DNA of 63,046 nucleotides, the filler included, from Octopus bimaculoides (taxonomy: Eukaryota): NCBI RefSeq assembly GCF_001194135.2. It is 4 parts of 4 records of this genome, joined end to end, with 100 filler letters (N's around TTAATTAATTAA, not from the genome) between each part and the next. Parts side by side here need not be neighbours in the genome. Positions count along the whole stretch, not along the records: positions 59,375 to 63,046 come from NW_026368592.1; 3 more parts are not named here. One strand, given 5' to 3'. The translations under genes were made by a program, and so were the position numbers. The first letter of the stretch is position 1; every line of letters starts with the position of its first letter. The notes beneath the pieces were generated by a model. It was not told where the DNA came from, did no database searches, and was given only the letters and a program-made list of their open reading frames with translations. Below are positions 62,301 to 63,046 of this stretch, piece after piece.

Positions 62301-63046
62301 CGAACGATCGAAAAAACGAAATAACGAACGATCTACGTACGTACGTTTGTTCGTTCGTTCTTTCGTTTGTTCGTAACTTCTTCAATTTCGTTAGTTCGTT
62401 CGTTCGTTCGATCGTTCGTACGTACTTACGTTTGTTCGATCGTTCGTTCGTTTGTACGTACGTTCGTTCGTACATACGTACTTCCGTTCGTTCGGTCGTT
62501 TGTACGTACGTTCGTTCATTCGTACTTTCGTTCGTTCATAAGTACTTTCGTTCGTTCATTCGTTCGTACGTACGTACGAACGAACGAACGACCGAACGAA
62601 CGAACGACCGAACGAACGACCGAACGAACGAACTAACAAGCGAGCGAACGTACGTACAAATGATAGAATGAACGAACGTACGTCCAAACAAACGAACGTA
62701 CGTACGTACGAAGGAACGAAACAACGTACGTACGAACCAACGTACGTACATATGAACGAACGAACGAACGAAAGAAAGAAAGAAAGAACGAATGAACGAA
62801 CGTACGAAATAACGAACGAACGTACGTAAGTACGTAGGAACGAATGTTCGTTCCTACGTACGTAGTTCGTTCGTTATTTCGTACCTACGTTCCTTCGTTC
62901 GTTCGTACGTACGTTCGTTCGTTCCTTCCTTCGTTCTTTCATACGTACGTACGTTGGTTCGTTCTTTCGTACGTACGTACGTTGTTTCGTTCGTTAGTTA
63001 GTTAGTTCATTCGTTCGTAATTACGTATGTACGTTCGTTCTTTCGT
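59375..63046. repeat. CpG-rich tetramer-based satellite (ACGA/ACGT/TCGT) with strand inversions and higher-order repeats
   Basis: A continuous 4-nt periodic sequence, interrupted by the gap at 60289-61040. (GAAC)n and (GTTC)n blocks alternate, joined through (GTAC)n. It runs off the window end. Confidence 0.95.

Noticed and set aside
59375-63046. CRISPR-like or coding interpretation of the terminal repeat
   Set aside because: There is no constant repeat with unique spacers, no cas genes, and the context is eukaryotic. The ORFs are 4-nt-period translations.

Overview
Eukaryotic, AT-rich, microsatellite-dense draft-assembly DNA with many N gaps. The repeat families suggest a coleoid cephalopod, probably octopus; this is inference. 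Nearly all long ORFs in the track are artefacts of gaps or simple repeats. What the sequence supports: (1) two decayed Tc1/mariner transposons, a 5'-truncated D,D34D mariner and a full-length rosa/Visitor-like element with perfect 22-bp TIRs; (2) decayed retroelements of RTE, CR1/Zenon-like, Dong/R4-like and Penelope GIY-YIG type; (3) several tRNA-headed SINE families in many copies and a fold-back MITE; (4) one well-supported minus-strand coding exon (47843-48100) of an unidentified host gene. The most unusual features are a CpG-rich satellite of at least 3.6 kb built from ACGA/ACGT/TCGT tetramers that repeatedly flips strand into palindromes (59375 to the window end), a minimal hammerhead-ribozyme motif with an intact core (42631-42674) plus two variant motifs in a dispersed repeat, and a SINE trimer with identical junctions. 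No complete new protein-coding system is visible.
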